A stretch of DNA of 64,000 nt, taken from contig JAUIIG010000001.1 of NCBI GenBank assembly GCA_030431875.1, positions 37,539 through 101,538 of the forward strand. Reading direction: 5' to 3'. The notes beneath the pieces are model-generated. The model ran no database searches, was not told the DNA's origin, and was given only the letters and a program-made list of their open reading frames with translations. The stretch is from Alphaproteobacteria bacterium. Its GTDB lineage: Bacteria > Pseudomonadota > Alphaproteobacteria > Sphingomonadales > Sphingomonadaceae. This document shows positions 1-9,229 of the stretch, in pieces. Within the stretch, counting starts at the first letter, position 1, and each line of letters opens with the position of its first letter. Both the position numbers and the translations under genes were made by a program.

Positions 1-411
1 ATTACCCGCGATTTCGACATGCAGACCCAGCCGCACCTGCTGCTGCTGCAGAAGACCATGGTCATGGTCGAAGGCATTGCCACCCAGCTGCATCCGCAGA
101 TCAACATGTGGGACGTCAGCGCGCCCTATGTCCGCAGCTGGATCCGCGACGAACTGGGGCCGGAAGCTGCCATTGCTGATCGTATCAGGACAGATTTCGA
201 TACGCTGATGCGCATCCCGGACCTTGTCCGCCGCATCGAGGACCGTTTCCCTTCAAAGGGCGGCGCGCCCGAGCCGCCGCCGTTGCCCCACATCGAACTG
301 GTGTGGGAACGCCGCGCTAACAAGGGCCGCGGTTGGCTGGGCTATGCAGCCGCTGCTGCCGTGGGCGGCGCAGCCGTGTGGGGCGCAACGCTCGCCGGAT
401 GGCTCGGCTAA
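1..411 (+). CDS. ubiB: 2-polyprenylphenol 6-hydroxylase / UbiB kinase-like protein, C-terminal part (5' truncated by window)
   Basis: Frame is open from base 1; QPHLLLLQKTMVMVEG motif, C-terminal TM helix, position upstream of coaBC-dut. Confidence 0.9.
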   Translation: MTRDFDMQTQPHLLLLQKTMVMVEGIATQLHPQINMWDVSAPYVRSWIRDELGPEAAIADRIRTDFDTLMRIPDLVRRIEDRFPSKGGAPEPPPLPHIELVWERRANKGRGWLGYAAAAAVGGAAVWGATLAGWLG

Positions 412-472
412 CGGTGGGGGAAATCCCCGCGCACCGGTTGAGGCTTTGCCCTGCCCGGTCCAGACACATGCC

Positions 473-1564
473 ATGACCAACCCGCTCGCATGGTGGAACG
501 GCCTCGGACGCCCGCTGGCGCGCTTGCCGCGCTGGGCGGCCATGGCCCTTATCGCCGCGCTGATCGCGAGCGTGGTGTGGAGTACCTTCGCCGTTGCCCC
601 GGTAGAGCAAGCAGAGGTCAGCCGCTCCGAAGCCAGCGAGAGCGAGGGTGACCGCGCGCTCTATCAGCGTATTTCCGAACGTGTCGCGGCAGGCGAAGGC
701 TATTACGAAGCCGCCGTCGACGAGCAGCGAACCCGCAATTACCCGACCCGGCCCTTTGTCACCGTCCGCCTGCCAACGCTGGCATGGCTGCACAGTGTGA
801 TCGGCGCGAGCGGGGTGCGGATTGCTTCCATGATCCTGCTGCTCGCCTGCCTCTGGGGCCTGCACCAGCGGCTGGACGGGCGGACGGACCCGCTTGAGCG
901 TACCGCCGCCGTCATAATGCTGGCGCTGGGCGGAGCGGCGGTGGCGGGATCGCAATCGGGATATGTCCACGAAGTGCTGGCAGGCATGCTGCTGACGCTG
1001 GCCTTCGTGCTCTACACTCCGCAACGATGGTGGCCCTCCTTGCTGGCGGCGGGTGCGGCGCTGGCCGTGCGCGAACTGGCTGCGCCATTCGTCCTGCTGT
1101 GGCTGGCGCTTGCGCTGATGGAGAAACGCTGGCGCGAAGTGGCCGCATTGGCCGCGCTGTTGCTGGTCTTCGCCGTGGGCATGTACCTGCATTACCTTGG
1201 CGTCGAGGCTTACCGCCTGCCAGGCGACCCCGCGTCGCAGGGCTGGGATGGCATGCTCGGCCCGGCCCTGCCGCTGATGGCCATGTCGCGCCTCACCGCA
1301 CTGCTGGTGCTGCCGGTTACCTATGCTGCGCCCTTTGCCTTGCTGGCGCTGGTGGGCTGGCTGGGGCTGGGCGAACGCATGGGGCTGTTCGCCACGCTGT
1401 GGTTTTTCGGCATGTTCGCGGCCATGGCCCTGTTCGCCCGGCCGGAGAACTTTTACTGGGCGCAGCTGGTGCTGCCTGCCTATTTCGCCGGTCTTGCCCT
1501 CGCGCCGCGTGCGCTGGCAGACCTTGGAGCCGCTGCAAAGGGGTCTATGGAAAGGCAAAGTTAA
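473..1564 (+). CDS. Polytopic membrane protein, possibly GT-C-like glycosyltransferase fold
   Basis: ATG at 473 in the 224..1564 ORF; about 10 hydrophobic segments, periplasmic loop with YPTRPFVTVRLP, HE and RE motifs. Function is a guess. Confidence 0.7.
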   Translation: MTNPLAWWNGLGRPLARLPRWAAMALIAALIASVVWSTFAVAPVEQAEVSRSEASESEGDRALYQRISERVAAGEGYYEAAVDEQRTRNYPTRPFVTVRLPTLAWLHSVIGASGVRIASMILLLACLWGLHQRLDGRTDPLERTAAVIMLALGGAAVAGSQSGYVHEVLAGMLLTLAFVLYTPQRWWPSLLAAGAALAVRELAAPFVLLWLALALMEKRWREVAALAALLLVFAVGMYLHYLGVEAYRLPGDPASQGWDGMLGPALPLMAMSRLTALLVLPVTYAAPFALLALVGWLGLGERMGLFATLWFFGMFAAMALFARPENFYWAQLVLPAYFAGLALAPRALADLGAAAKGSMERQS

Positions 1565-1615
1565 CCATCATTTGCCATCAGGCACGCTTGGACTATTGAA
1601 CGTGATGGTTATCCG

Positions 1616-3337
1616 ATGTTGCAGCAGCAGATCGACGTGAAGGAACGGGAGGAAAACTCGACCAAACCCCGCATCCTGCTTGTGGTGGGCGGTGGCATTG
1701 CCGCCTACAAGAGCTGCGAACTCGTGCGCCTTATCGCCAAGGCCGGAGGCAGCAGCACCTGCGTCCTGACCGAGGGCGGGGCGCAATTCGTCACGCCCAT
1801 GGCGCTGGCGGCGCTGTCCGGCAACCAGGTCTTCACCTCGCTGTGGGACCTCAAGAACGAGGCCGAGATCGGCCATATCCAGCTGTCGCGCGAGGCGGAC
1901 CTTGTGGTTGTCTGCCCCGCCACGGCGGACCTGATGGCCAAGATGAGCGCCGGTATCGCCGACGACCTTGCCACCACGCTGATCCTCGCCACCGACAAGC
2001 CCGTGCTCGTCGTCCCGGCGATGAACGTGAAGATGTGGCAGCACGAGGCCACGCAGCGCAATATCGACTGGCTGCGCGAGAGCGGCGTACGGGTCATGCA
2101 GCCTGACGAAGGTGCCATGGCTTGCGGCGAATTCGGCCCCGGTCGCTTGCCCGAACCGGAAATGGTCTGGCTGGAAATTGCCGACATGCTCGGCCTTGAT
2201 CCGGGTGCCGTGGGCGCCGAGATCGAAGATTACCTGCGCGGCATCGAAGCGGGCGAAGACGATCACGAAGGCGCGGATATCGGCGGGGATCACCCCGGCG
2301 GCCTTGCCGGCATGCTTGCCAGTATCATCCCGCGCTCCACCCCGCGCAAGGACGAGCTTGAGGACGAAGAGCTCTACGAAGGCGAAATTCCTGAAGGGAC
2401 GGTCATCGGACCTGACCTGCCGGAGCCCGATTATTCGGGTGTCGAGCACCTGATCCCGACCAAGGGCAAGGCCAAGGCCGCACCGCCGACGGACCGCGAG
2501 GCGATCAACCACGAGGTCAACGCGCGGCAGGAAGCCCCGCAGCCGTTCGAAGGCGAGGATGCGGCAGCTCCGGTCAACCCGTTGGCTCCGGGCGGCACGG
2601 TTCCGCCCGCGGCGGCACTTGCCCCGCATCCCGACGAGTTCGACCCGCTGGCAGGGCAGCCCGCCTTCGAGGACGATATCGAACACCGCCCGCTCTACGG
2701 CAAGCACGTGCTCGTCACCGCTGGCCCGACCCACGAGCCGATCGATCCGGTGCGCTACTTGGCCAACCGGTCGAGCGGCAAGCAGGGCTATGCCATTGCG
2801 GCTGCTGCGGCTGCTGCTGGCGCCAAGGTCACGCTGGTCTCCGGCCCCGTCCACTTGCGCACCCCGCTGGGTGTCGACCGCATCGATGTGGAAAGTGCCG
2901 AGGAAATGGCCAAGGCCGTGCGCGAGGCGCTGCCGGTCGACGTTGCCATCATGGCAGCAGCTGTCGCCGACTGGCGCACCAAGGATTACAACGACATCAA
3001 GATCAAGAAGCGCGGTGCCGCACCGCCTGCGCTGGTCCTGACCGAGAACCCCGACATCCTCGCCAGCGTGGCAGCCAGCGCCAAGCGGCCAGACCTGCTG
3101 GTGGGCTTTGCCGCCGAAACCAACGACGTGGTCGACAACGCCCGCAAGAAACGCAAGTCCAAGGGCGTCGACTGGATCGTCGCCAATGACGTGTCGGGTG
3201 ACGTCATGGGCGGTGACAACAACCACGTGCACCTCGTGAAAGAGGGCAAGGTCGAGCATTGGGACCCGATGACCAAGCAGGACGTCGCGACCAAGCTGAT
3301 CCAGGAAATTGCCGAGAGGGTGAAAGCCGATGCCTGA
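1616..3337 (+). CDS. coaBC: Bifunctional phosphopantothenoylcysteine decarboxylase/synthetase with a long acidic interdomain insertion
   Basis: [13 protein letters not shown] and PAMN (CoaC); [19 protein letters not shown] and GFAAET (CoaB). Confidence 0.95.
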   Translation: MLQQQIDVKEREENSTKPRILLVVGGGIAAYKSCELVRLIAKAGGSSTCVLTEGGAQFVTPMALAALSGNQVFTSLWDLKNEAEIGHIQLSREADLVVVCPATADLMAKMSAGIADDLATTLILATDKPVLVVPAMNVKMWQHEATQRNIDWLRESGVRVMQPDEGAMACGEFGPGRLPEPEMVWLEIADMLGLDPGAVGAEIEDYLRGIEAGEDDHEGADIGGDHPGGLAGMLASIIPRSTPRKDELEDEELYEGEIPEGTVIGPDLPEPDYSGVEHLIPTKGKAKAAPPTDREAINHEVNARQEAPQPFEGEDAAAPVNPLAPGGTVPPAAALAPHPDEFDPLAGQPAFEDDIEHRPLYGKHVLVTAGPTHEPIDPVRYLANRSSGKQGYAIAAAAAAAGAKVTLVSGPVHLRTPLGVDRIDVESAEEMAKAVREALPVDVAIMAAAVADWRTKDYNDIKIKKRGAAPPALVLTENPDILASVAASAKRPDLLVGFAAETNDVVDNARKKRKSKGVDWIVANDVSGDVMGGDNNHVHLVKEGKVEHWDPMTKQDVATKLIQEIAERVKADA

Positions 3338-3800
3338 ACAAGCTCCGGCGCAGGTTCCGGTGCAGATCAAGCGGCTGCCGCACGGCCACGGACTGGACCT
3401 GCCCGCCTATGCCACTGCCGGCGCTGCGGGCATGGACATTGTCAGCGCGGAAAACATCACCCTGCGCCCCGGCTCGCGCCATGCCGTGGCGACCGGTTTC
3501 GCCGTGGCGATCCCGTCGGGCTACGAGATCCAGGTACGTCCGCGCTCGGGCCTCGCGCTGAAGCACGGGGTGACCGTGCCCAACACGCCGGGCACGATCG
3601 ACAGCGACTATCGCGGCGAGTTGAAGGTCATCATGATCAATCACTCGGACGACAACTTCCCCATCCAGCGCGGCGACCGCATCGCCCAGCTGGTGCTCAG
3701 CCCGGTAACGCAGGGCGCGTGGGAAGAGGTTGACGAACTGGACGATACCGAGCGCGGCGCAGGCGGCTTCGGTTCCACCGGCGGGCACGACCGGCTCTAG
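3330..3800 (+). CDS. dut: dUTP diphosphatase
   Basis: [17 protein letters not shown] and [10 protein letters not shown] motifs. Confidence 0.97.
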   Translation: MPEQAPAQVPVQIKRLPHGHGLDLPAYATAGAAGMDIVSAENITLRPGSRHAVATGFAVAIPSGYEIQVRPRSGLALKHGVTVPNTPGTIDSDYRGELKVIMINHSDDNFPIQRGDRIAQLVLSPVTQGAWEEVDELDDTERGAGGFGSTGGHDRL

Positions 3801-4351
3801 GCCTGCGCCCTGGCGTGCAAGGCGTGCTGGCGGAAGGCCAGGGCGGCGCCTCCCCACAGCAAGGAAAACCCGGCCAGCACAGCCCATTCGACAGCGTGGC
3901 CCGGCATCAGTACCAGTGCGAAAAGCCCTAGCAGGATCTGGCTGGCAGACATGGTGCCGGTTATCGCCAGCATGGCGCGGGGTCGGAACCTGCCCGTGGC
4001 CGCAGCCAGCAGGCCAAGCGCCAGGACGGCGAAAAAGCCCATGTTCACGGGCGATCCCTCGTCACCGATGATACCGACCGCTAGGTTGCTCCACACGGTG
4101 AAGAAGGCCGCGAATGTGGCCAGGGCAAAGCCGATCAGGTGCGGCCAGCTGCGCGCTAGCCGCAGGCCGCCTTCGGCAGCGAGTCCGGTCAGCAGCAGGA
4201 TTGCGGCGGCAACCACGAAATCGCCCGCAGTCCAGTTGACCTCCCGGGTGAACTGCATGGCGATGGCGGGGAGGCCGAGCAGGGCTGCGGCGGCACTCCA
4301 ACCGGCGATGCGCCAGCCGGTCAGGCGGCGGTGAAATGGAATGTCTGTCAT
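3797..4351 (-). CDS. Hypothetical membrane protein (about 6 TM)
   Basis: ATG at 4351 with AAGGA RBS; hydrophobic; divergent from the wHTH regulator. Confidence 0.75.
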   Translation of the reverse strand: MTDIPFHRRLTGWRIAGWSAAAALLGLPAIAMQFTREVNWTAGDFVVAAAILLLTGLAAEGGLRLARSWPHLIGFALATFAAFFTVWSNLAVGIIGDEGSPVNMGFFAVLALGLLAAATGRFRPRAMLAITGTMSASQILLGLFALVLMPGHAVEWAVLAGFSLLWGGAALAFRQHALHARAQA

Positions 4352-4400
4352 AGTCGGTTCCTTGCAATCGATGGAGTGCGGCAAATGCCCGGATCGCGCC

Positions 4401-4435
4401 TGAGCGGCATGAGGAATTCATGAGCAATGGCTGAA
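4401..4435. promoter_or_regulatory. Phased TGA(G) direct repeats, candidate operator of the adjacent OmpR/CadC-type regulator
   Basis: TGAG at 4401, 4410 and 4421 and TGAA at 4432; the last three are 11 bp apart. Confidence 0.45.
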
Positions 4436-4487
4436 AACCTTCCCCCGGCCCGCGCGCCGTCATAGGAAGGCGTAAGAAAATGCCACC

Positions 4488-5504
4488 ATGACCCACGCAC
4501 CGCCCATCCTTCGTTTCGACCGCTTCACGCTCGATCGCGCGAACCGGCTGCTGCTGCGCGACGGACATCCGGTCGACGTAGGCAGCCGTTATCTCGATGC
4601 GCTGGCCCTGCTTGTCGAGGCGCGCGGCGCTCTGGTCTCCAAGGACCGATTCATGGACGAGGTCTGGCGCGGTGTGCCTGTGACCGACGAGGCGCTAACC
4701 CAATGCATCCGCACCCTGCGGCGCGCACTGGATGATGACGCGGCCAATCCGCGCTTCATCCGGACTGTGCCGAAACATGGCTATCGCTTTGTTGGCAGCC
4801 TTGATGGCGATGTCATTGCTGCGGCCGGCCTGCCGCATGGCGCAGAGCAGGAGTCGGGCAGGCTGGCAGGGGCAGCCACCTTGGGCGGGGCGCTGGCGGG
4901 GCTGTCAGGTGGCCTGCTCTACGGCCTGCTGATGGCCCGCAGTAGCGAAGACGGCAGTCCGGTGCTGCTGACCATGCTCGCCCTCTGTCTTGCCGTGGGT
5001 GTGTTGGGCGGCGCCGGAGTCGGACTGGGCATGGCCATTGCCACGAACCTGCGCGGACGGAGTGCTGCCATGCTGGTGTTGGGCGGCGGGCTTGGCGGCC
5101 TGGTCGTGGGCGCGCTTGGCCGGATCGTCGGGCTGGACCTGTTCCACGTACTGGCGGGCGTCGGTGTGGGGCCGGTAACGGGGGTTTTCGAAGGGGCGGC
5201 AGTCGGCCTGCTGGCTGGCGGCGGCTGCGCGCTCGTGGCGCGAAATGCCGGCTGGCTCGGCGGACTGCTGGCAGTTCTTCTGGGCGCTGCAGGTGGTGCG
5301 CTCATCGCCTTGGTGGGGGGACGCTTGATGGCGGGCAGCCTGCTGCTGCTTGACCACTCGCTGGCAGAATCGCGTCTCGGCCTCGATAGGCTCGGAACCG
5401 TGCTGGGAGATGCACAATTCGGCCAGACCGCGCTCGTCGCGGCTTCGGCGCTGGAGGCCGCCGTCTTCGTCACCTGCGTGGCGCTGGCCGTGCGGCGCGC
5501 TTGA
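4488..5504 (+). CDS. Membrane-anchored transcription regulator: OmpR/PhoB (CadC/ToxR-like) winged helix plus Gly-rich multi-TM domain
   Basis: FDRFTLD...LVSKDRFMDEVW...LRRAL...IRTVPKHGYRF, followed by a hydrophobic C-terminal half. Confidence 0.85.
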   Translation: MTHAPPILRFDRFTLDRANRLLLRDGHPVDVGSRYLDALALLVEARGALVSKDRFMDEVWRGVPVTDEALTQCIRTLRRALDDDAANPRFIRTVPKHGYRFVGSLDGDVIAAAGLPHGAEQESGRLAGAATLGGALAGLSGGLLYGLLMARSSEDGSPVLLTMLALCLAVGVLGGAGVGLGMAIATNLRGRSAAMLVLGGGLGGLVVGALGRIVGLDLFHVLAGVGVGPVTGVFEGAAVGLLAGGGCALVARNAGWLGGLLAVLLGAAGGALIALVGGRLMAGSLLLLDHSLAESRLGLDRLGTVLGDAQFGQTALVAASALEAAVFVTCVALAVRRA

Positions 5505-5513
5505 GTTGCTCCT

Positions 5514-7004
5514 TCAGAACCGGCTGGGGAACTTCTTGATCGCCCAGCTGCCGTCCTTCTCGTTCATGGTGGCGCAGATGATGGTTTCACCATCGGTGCG
5601 CACGTTGACGAGGCCGTAGACCTGTCCCGCGACGACCGAGAGCCGCTTCATCTCCTTGTGCTTCTTCTCCGCCGAAAAGGCGCCGGGCTTGGTTTCGTCG
5701 AAATGCATGACCGAGTTGGCGAAGTCGTTGCCGGTCAGCATGAAATCGGTCCCGCCCGACTGCTTGACCTCGATCTTGGTCGGCTCACCCATGGAGACGG
5801 AGCGCGCCGTTTCGGTCGAATAGACCAGCGGGGTGAGTATCTGGTCGTCCTTGATGGTCAGGTAACCGGTCACGCCGCTGGCCCCGACAATGCCCGGACG
5901 CGGGTGGTCATGCCCTTCGCCGTCGCCAGAGGAAATCACCGTGGCGCTGGGGTTCACCCGCGACAGGAATTCGAGGCTGACGTCGTCGCTGCCGTGGTGG
6001 CAGGCCTTGGCCACGTCGGCCATGAACACGGCCTCGCGCCCCTCGTAACCGGCCAGCAACAGCTTCTGGCTGCGCTGGTTGAGGTCGCCCGTCAGCAGCA
6101 CCCGCGTGCCCTTGTAGTCGACCCGCAAGGTGATCGAATGGCCGTTGGTGTTCTGCGAGTTGCCGCCGGTGAGGCGCTCCAGGCCCGGCTCTCCGCCGGC
6201 GTCGAATTCCAGCGGACCGAGCACATGGATATCAAGGTCCTGTTCGGCAAAGTCGGGCAGGCTGCCGGTCTTGTCGCTCAGGCGCTCGAACTCGGTATCG
6301 CCGCCGTGCTGCGCCTTCGCTTGTGTCAGCTTCTCGATGAAGTCGGCCCACATGCCCTGCAGTCGCGGATTGGCGCCGTTTGCCAGTTGCGCAACGGCTG
6401 CGGGTCGATCACTCAACAGGTCTGTGAAGTAGCGCTTGCTGCCGACTTTCCTGGTGCTGCCCAGCGTCCGGTCATCATCCGGCGTTTTCCACCATGACAG
6501 GCCCGCATGATAGAACCTGTCGACCTTCACGTGATCGCAGTCGAGTTCGCCATCCTGCTCCACGTCGAGCAGGTCATCCAGCCCGCCGTAGTGATCGAGA
6601 TCGTTGTGCGAGGCCATCATGGCGTCGAGCCGGATCGTATCCTCGCCGTAGTCGGCGTAGAACTTCCAGTCGACGAAGTCCGCTGCGCTCTTGCCGGTGT
6701 TCTGCTTTGATCGCGGATAGCCGCCGTCGATCAGCATGTGCTTGCGCTCTGGCGTGACAATCAGGATGCCGTCGCCCTGGCCCACGTCGATGAAGTATAT
6801 CTCCAGCAGCGCTTCGCCCTCCAAGGCGGCGCTGCCCATCCAGCAGGTCTTCCAGCGGTGGCGACCACGAACGCGGGAACGGTCTCCGTCTTCCTCCAGC
6901 ACGTCGACCCGGTCACCCCAGAGGAAGTGCTTGACCGTCTTTCCCCCGGTCTTGTTCACCGTGCCCTTGGCCTCAGGCACTCCGACATATTTCCAGTTCG
7001 GCAT
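5514..7004 (-). CDS. Standalone ComEC/Rec2-like metallo-beta-lactamase-fold hydrolase with an N-terminal SH3-like domain
   Basis: [30 protein letters not shown] and HDHP motifs; no signal peptide or TM segment. Confidence 0.8.
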   Translation of the reverse strand: MPNWKYVGVPEAKGTVNKTGGKTVKHFLWGDRVDVLEEDGDRSRVRGRHRWKTCWMGSAALEGEALLEIYFIDVGQGDGILIVTPERKHMLIDGGYPRSKQNTGKSAADFVDWKFYADYGEDTIRLDAMMASHNDLDHYGGLDDLLDVEQDGELDCDHVKVDRFYHAGLSWWKTPDDDRTLGSTRKVGSKRYFTDLLSDRPAAVAQLANGANPRLQGMWADFIEKLTQAKAQHGGDTEFERLSDKTGSLPDFAEQDLDIHVLGPLEFDAGGEPGLERLTGGNSQNTNGHSITLRVDYKGTRVLLTGDLNQRSQKLLLAGYEGREAVFMADVAKACHHGSDDVSLEFLSRVNPSATVISSGDGEGHDHPRPGIVGASGVTGYLTIKDDQILTPLVYSTETARSVSMGEPTKIEVKQSGGTDFMLTGNDFANSVMHFDETKPGAFSAEKKHKEMKRLSVVAGQVYGLVNVRTDGETIICATMNEKDGSWAIKKFPSRF

Positions 7005-7109
7005 CGAAACAGCCCCCCGCTGCGAGATTTCGACTCGGCAACATACGCGATTCCAGCCACTTGCACCACGCGGGGAACTCCGTGGTCATATATCGCCAAT
7101 GCGCCCGGC

Positions 7110-7137
7110 TTGACCTGCCAATCAGCGAGGCTAGATT
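7110..7137 (+). promoter_or_regulatory. Sigma70-type promoter for the uORF-yjhX transcript
   Basis: TTGACC, then GCTAGAT; matches the alphaproteobacterial TTGACS...GCTANA pattern. Confidence 0.55.
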
Positions 7138-7164
7138 TGATGTATCCATTCCAGACAGGAATCT

Positions 7165-7188
7165 ATGTCAGAGATTGTCATCCGCTGA
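7165..7188 (+). CDS. 7-aa leader peptide MSEIVIR (toiL-like regulatory uORF)
   Basis: CAGGA RBS, ATG TCA GAG ATT GTC ATC CGC TGA; 3' end is complementary to the yjhX RBS region. Confidence 0.6.
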   Translation: MSEIVIR

Positions 7189-7191
7189 GCC

Positions 7192-7222
7192 GCCCGGCCC
7201 GCGACCTGATCGCGGGAAGGGC
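7192..7222 (+). promoter_or_regulatory. GC-rich hairpin in the yjhX leader
   Basis: GCCC-GG-CCCGCGA / TCGCGGG-AA-GGGC. Confidence 0.6.
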
Positions 7223-7298
7223 AGTCGCGCGCCCCGGTCACGCTGCATTGGCGGCGGGCCATGTCGGCGCGCTTGCCAGCAGATGGACTATCTTTCCA

Positions 7299-7556
7299 AT
7301 GAACATTTCCAAGTACGAACAGCGCGTGCTGCACGTGCTGGCGCAGGGCGGACGCATCGAGTTCGACCGTGACGCCAGCGGCCGCGTGACGCAGGTCGAC
7401 TGCTTCAACCGCGACGGCTTCCGGCTGGCAGACTGCTCGCTGCCCGTCTTTTCCCGTCTGAAGCGTCGAAGGCTGATCCGCAGCAGCGGCGGCGCGGCCT
7501 ACCGCATCACCCATGAAGGTCTGCGGGCCGTTCGGGCCCAGCTCGACAACCGTTAG
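7299..7556 (+). CDS. yjhX: YjhX/TopAI family (UPF0386) toxin-like protein
   Basis: [18 protein letters not shown]...C..RDG...[19 protein letters not shown], 85 aa. Confidence 0.88.
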   Translation: MNISKYEQRVLHVLAQGGRIEFDRDASGRVTQVDCFNRDGFRLADCSLPVFSRLKRRRLIRSSGGAAYRITHEGLRAVRAQLDNR

Positions 7557-7565
7557 CCGAAACGA

Positions 7566-7595
7566 GAGGGGCGGCACCTTGCGGAGCCGCCCCTC
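7566..7595. terminator. Hairpin between convergent genes
   Basis: GAGGGGCGGC / GCCGCCCCTC 10-bp stem; no clear U-tract. Confidence 0.6.
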
Positions 7596-7621
7596 GATGA
7601 TCGCAATCGCTGTGGTATTGA

Positions 7622-8314
7622 TCAGTCCCGTTCTTCGGGGGCGACCGAGATGCGTACCGTTTCGCCCGAATTGCCGGGGAAGTCGGTGAACATGGCCTCG
7701 ACCAGGTTGGGTACCAGGTACTGCAGGCGGTTGGACTGCGAGGCGGCTTCGGCGCGGCCTTCGAACAGGCGCTCACCCGTGGCGGCATTGTCGATCTTCA
7801 GCTCGATACCGCTGGTGTAGACGGTGTAGCTGACCACATCGTCGCCGAAGAAGCTGTCGTTCCAGCCCCAGCCCCAGTTGCGGTCGCGCAGGTAGGCCAC
7901 GCGGGTGCGGCCAAGGCGGTCTCGGAAGAGCACGGGGCGGGAGTAGCCGTACCAGCTGGAATAGAAGGGGTCGCGGGTGCGGAAGCCGGTGGAGCGCACG
8001 CGTTCACGGCCATTGTCGACGCCGTAATCGAAGCGAACCAGCAAGGTGGCCGCTTCGGGCGAGGCAGCCTGCGTATAGCCCAGCTGCGCCATGTGTTCCT
8101 CCACCTCGTCGGCATAGAGCGCGAACTCCAGGCCACCGGCGAGGGCGGGATCGTCAGCGACGACAAAGAAGCTCTGACCCTCGGGCGCAGGCAGCTGGCT
8201 TTCAAAGCGCGAGACGTCCGCGCGGAACGGGGTGGCGCAGGCGGCCAGGCCCAGGGCGAGCGCGGGCAGGAGCGAAAACCTGGCGAGGCGCTTCACGGAT
8301 GAAATGTTCAACAT
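7622..8314 (-). CDS. DUF4136-like lipoprotein
   Basis: Lipobox LAAC; LLVRFDYGV, aromatic/Arg-rich insert, LFEGRA. Confidence 0.8.
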   Translation of the reverse strand: MLNISSVKRLARFSLLPALALGLAACATPFRADVSRFESQLPAPEGQSFFVVADDPALAGGLEFALYADEVEEHMAQLGYTQAASPEAATLLVRFDYGVDNGRERVRSTGFRTRDPFYSSWYGYSRPVLFRDRLGRTRVAYLRDRNWGWGWNDSFFGDDVVSYTVYTSGIELKIDNAATGERLFEGRAEAASQSNRLQYLVPNLVEAMFTDFPGNSGETVRISVAPEERD

Positions 8315-8408
8315 GGCGAGTTCTCTCTGTGCGATTGGCTGCGCATGCGGCCCCCCAACCCAGCGCGCAGGAGTTTCAACGATAGGCCGTGCAATAGCAA
8401 GGGCAGGG

Positions 8409-8424
8409 TGAACCGGGCTTGAAC
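8409..8424. promoter_or_regulatory. TGAAC direct repeat with 11-bp period (TGA-N8-TGA); CenR-like or degenerate CtrA box
   Basis: TGAACCGGGCTTGAAC in the divergent intergenic region. Confidence 0.4.
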
Positions 8425-8520
8425 CGCAACTCTGTCGCGAAGCGATTTATGCAGCAAAGACAATGCGTTTACCGCTTATTGAGCCCTTGGCGCTAGGCAG
8501 GATGCGACCGAGGAGATCGC

Positions 8521-9210
8521 ATGGCTTATCCCGAATCCGAAGGCGCACGCGTCAACCGCAGCCGGTACTGGCTGATGTTCTTCGTCACCATGGTGGCGAG
8601 CATCGTGCTGATCGGCGTCAGCATTGGCGCCTTTGCCAATGGCAGCATCGGGCTGGGCATCATCGCCTTCCTGCTGATCGCGCCGCTCAACATCTATTTC
8701 CGCGTCATCATGATGCGTCGCTGCCGCGACATCGGCTGGGCACCCGCCTTGCCGTGGATCACCTTCGGGCTGGGCATCGTCGCCAGCGTGTTCAGCTTTG
8801 GCAGCATGGCCACGCTTGATCCGACCATAATCCTTGGCGGATCGGGCTTTTCCATGCTGGTTTCGCTGGCTGATCTGGTGCTGATGATCGCCTTGGGCAG
8901 CGTGCGGGGCAAGCCGCAGATGGACTATCGCGAGGTCTTCGACGGATACGACCGCCAGCCCGCACCGCAGCAGCGTACCGGGCCGCGTCCTGCAGCGGGC
9001 TTCAGCACGTCGCAGCCGGGGGCGGCAACAGGCGACGCAACCAGCAGCGGGGACGCGATGGACGATGCGATCGCCCGCGCGCTGGAAAACTACAAGCGCA
9101 CCGGCTCCGCCGTGCCCGAGCAGGCGACTGCTGCACCCTCGCCAGTGCGGCAGAGAGCACAGCAGGCCGCGCCTGCGCGGGTAGCCGGGTTTGGGCGGAA
9201 GATGGTCTGA
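8521..9210 (+). CDS. DUF805-family membrane protein with a disordered C-terminal tail
   Basis: GRxNRxxYW-like start, RRCRDIGW (variant of RRxHDxG); tail ends GFGRKMV. Confidence 0.8.
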   Translation: MAYPESEGARVNRSRYWLMFFVTMVASIVLIGVSIGAFANGSIGLGIIAFLLIAPLNIYFRVIMMRRCRDIGWAPALPWITFGLGIVASVFSFGSMATLDPTIILGGSGFSMLVSLADLVLMIALGSVRGKPQMDYREVFDGYDRQPAPQQRTGPRPAAGFSTSQPGAATGDATSSGDAMDDAIARALENYKRTGSAVPEQATAAPSPVRQRAQQAAPARVAGFGRKMV

Positions 9211-9229
9211 TGGGCTGCTTGGCCGCGTT

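Noticed and set aside
1568-3370. 600-aa antisense ORF over coaBC; similar long shadows at 9762-12080, 18009-19673, 31976-33787, 43396-44871 and 48664-50178
   Set aside because: They mirror well-supported genes, carry no recognisable motifs, and are expected from high-GC codon bias
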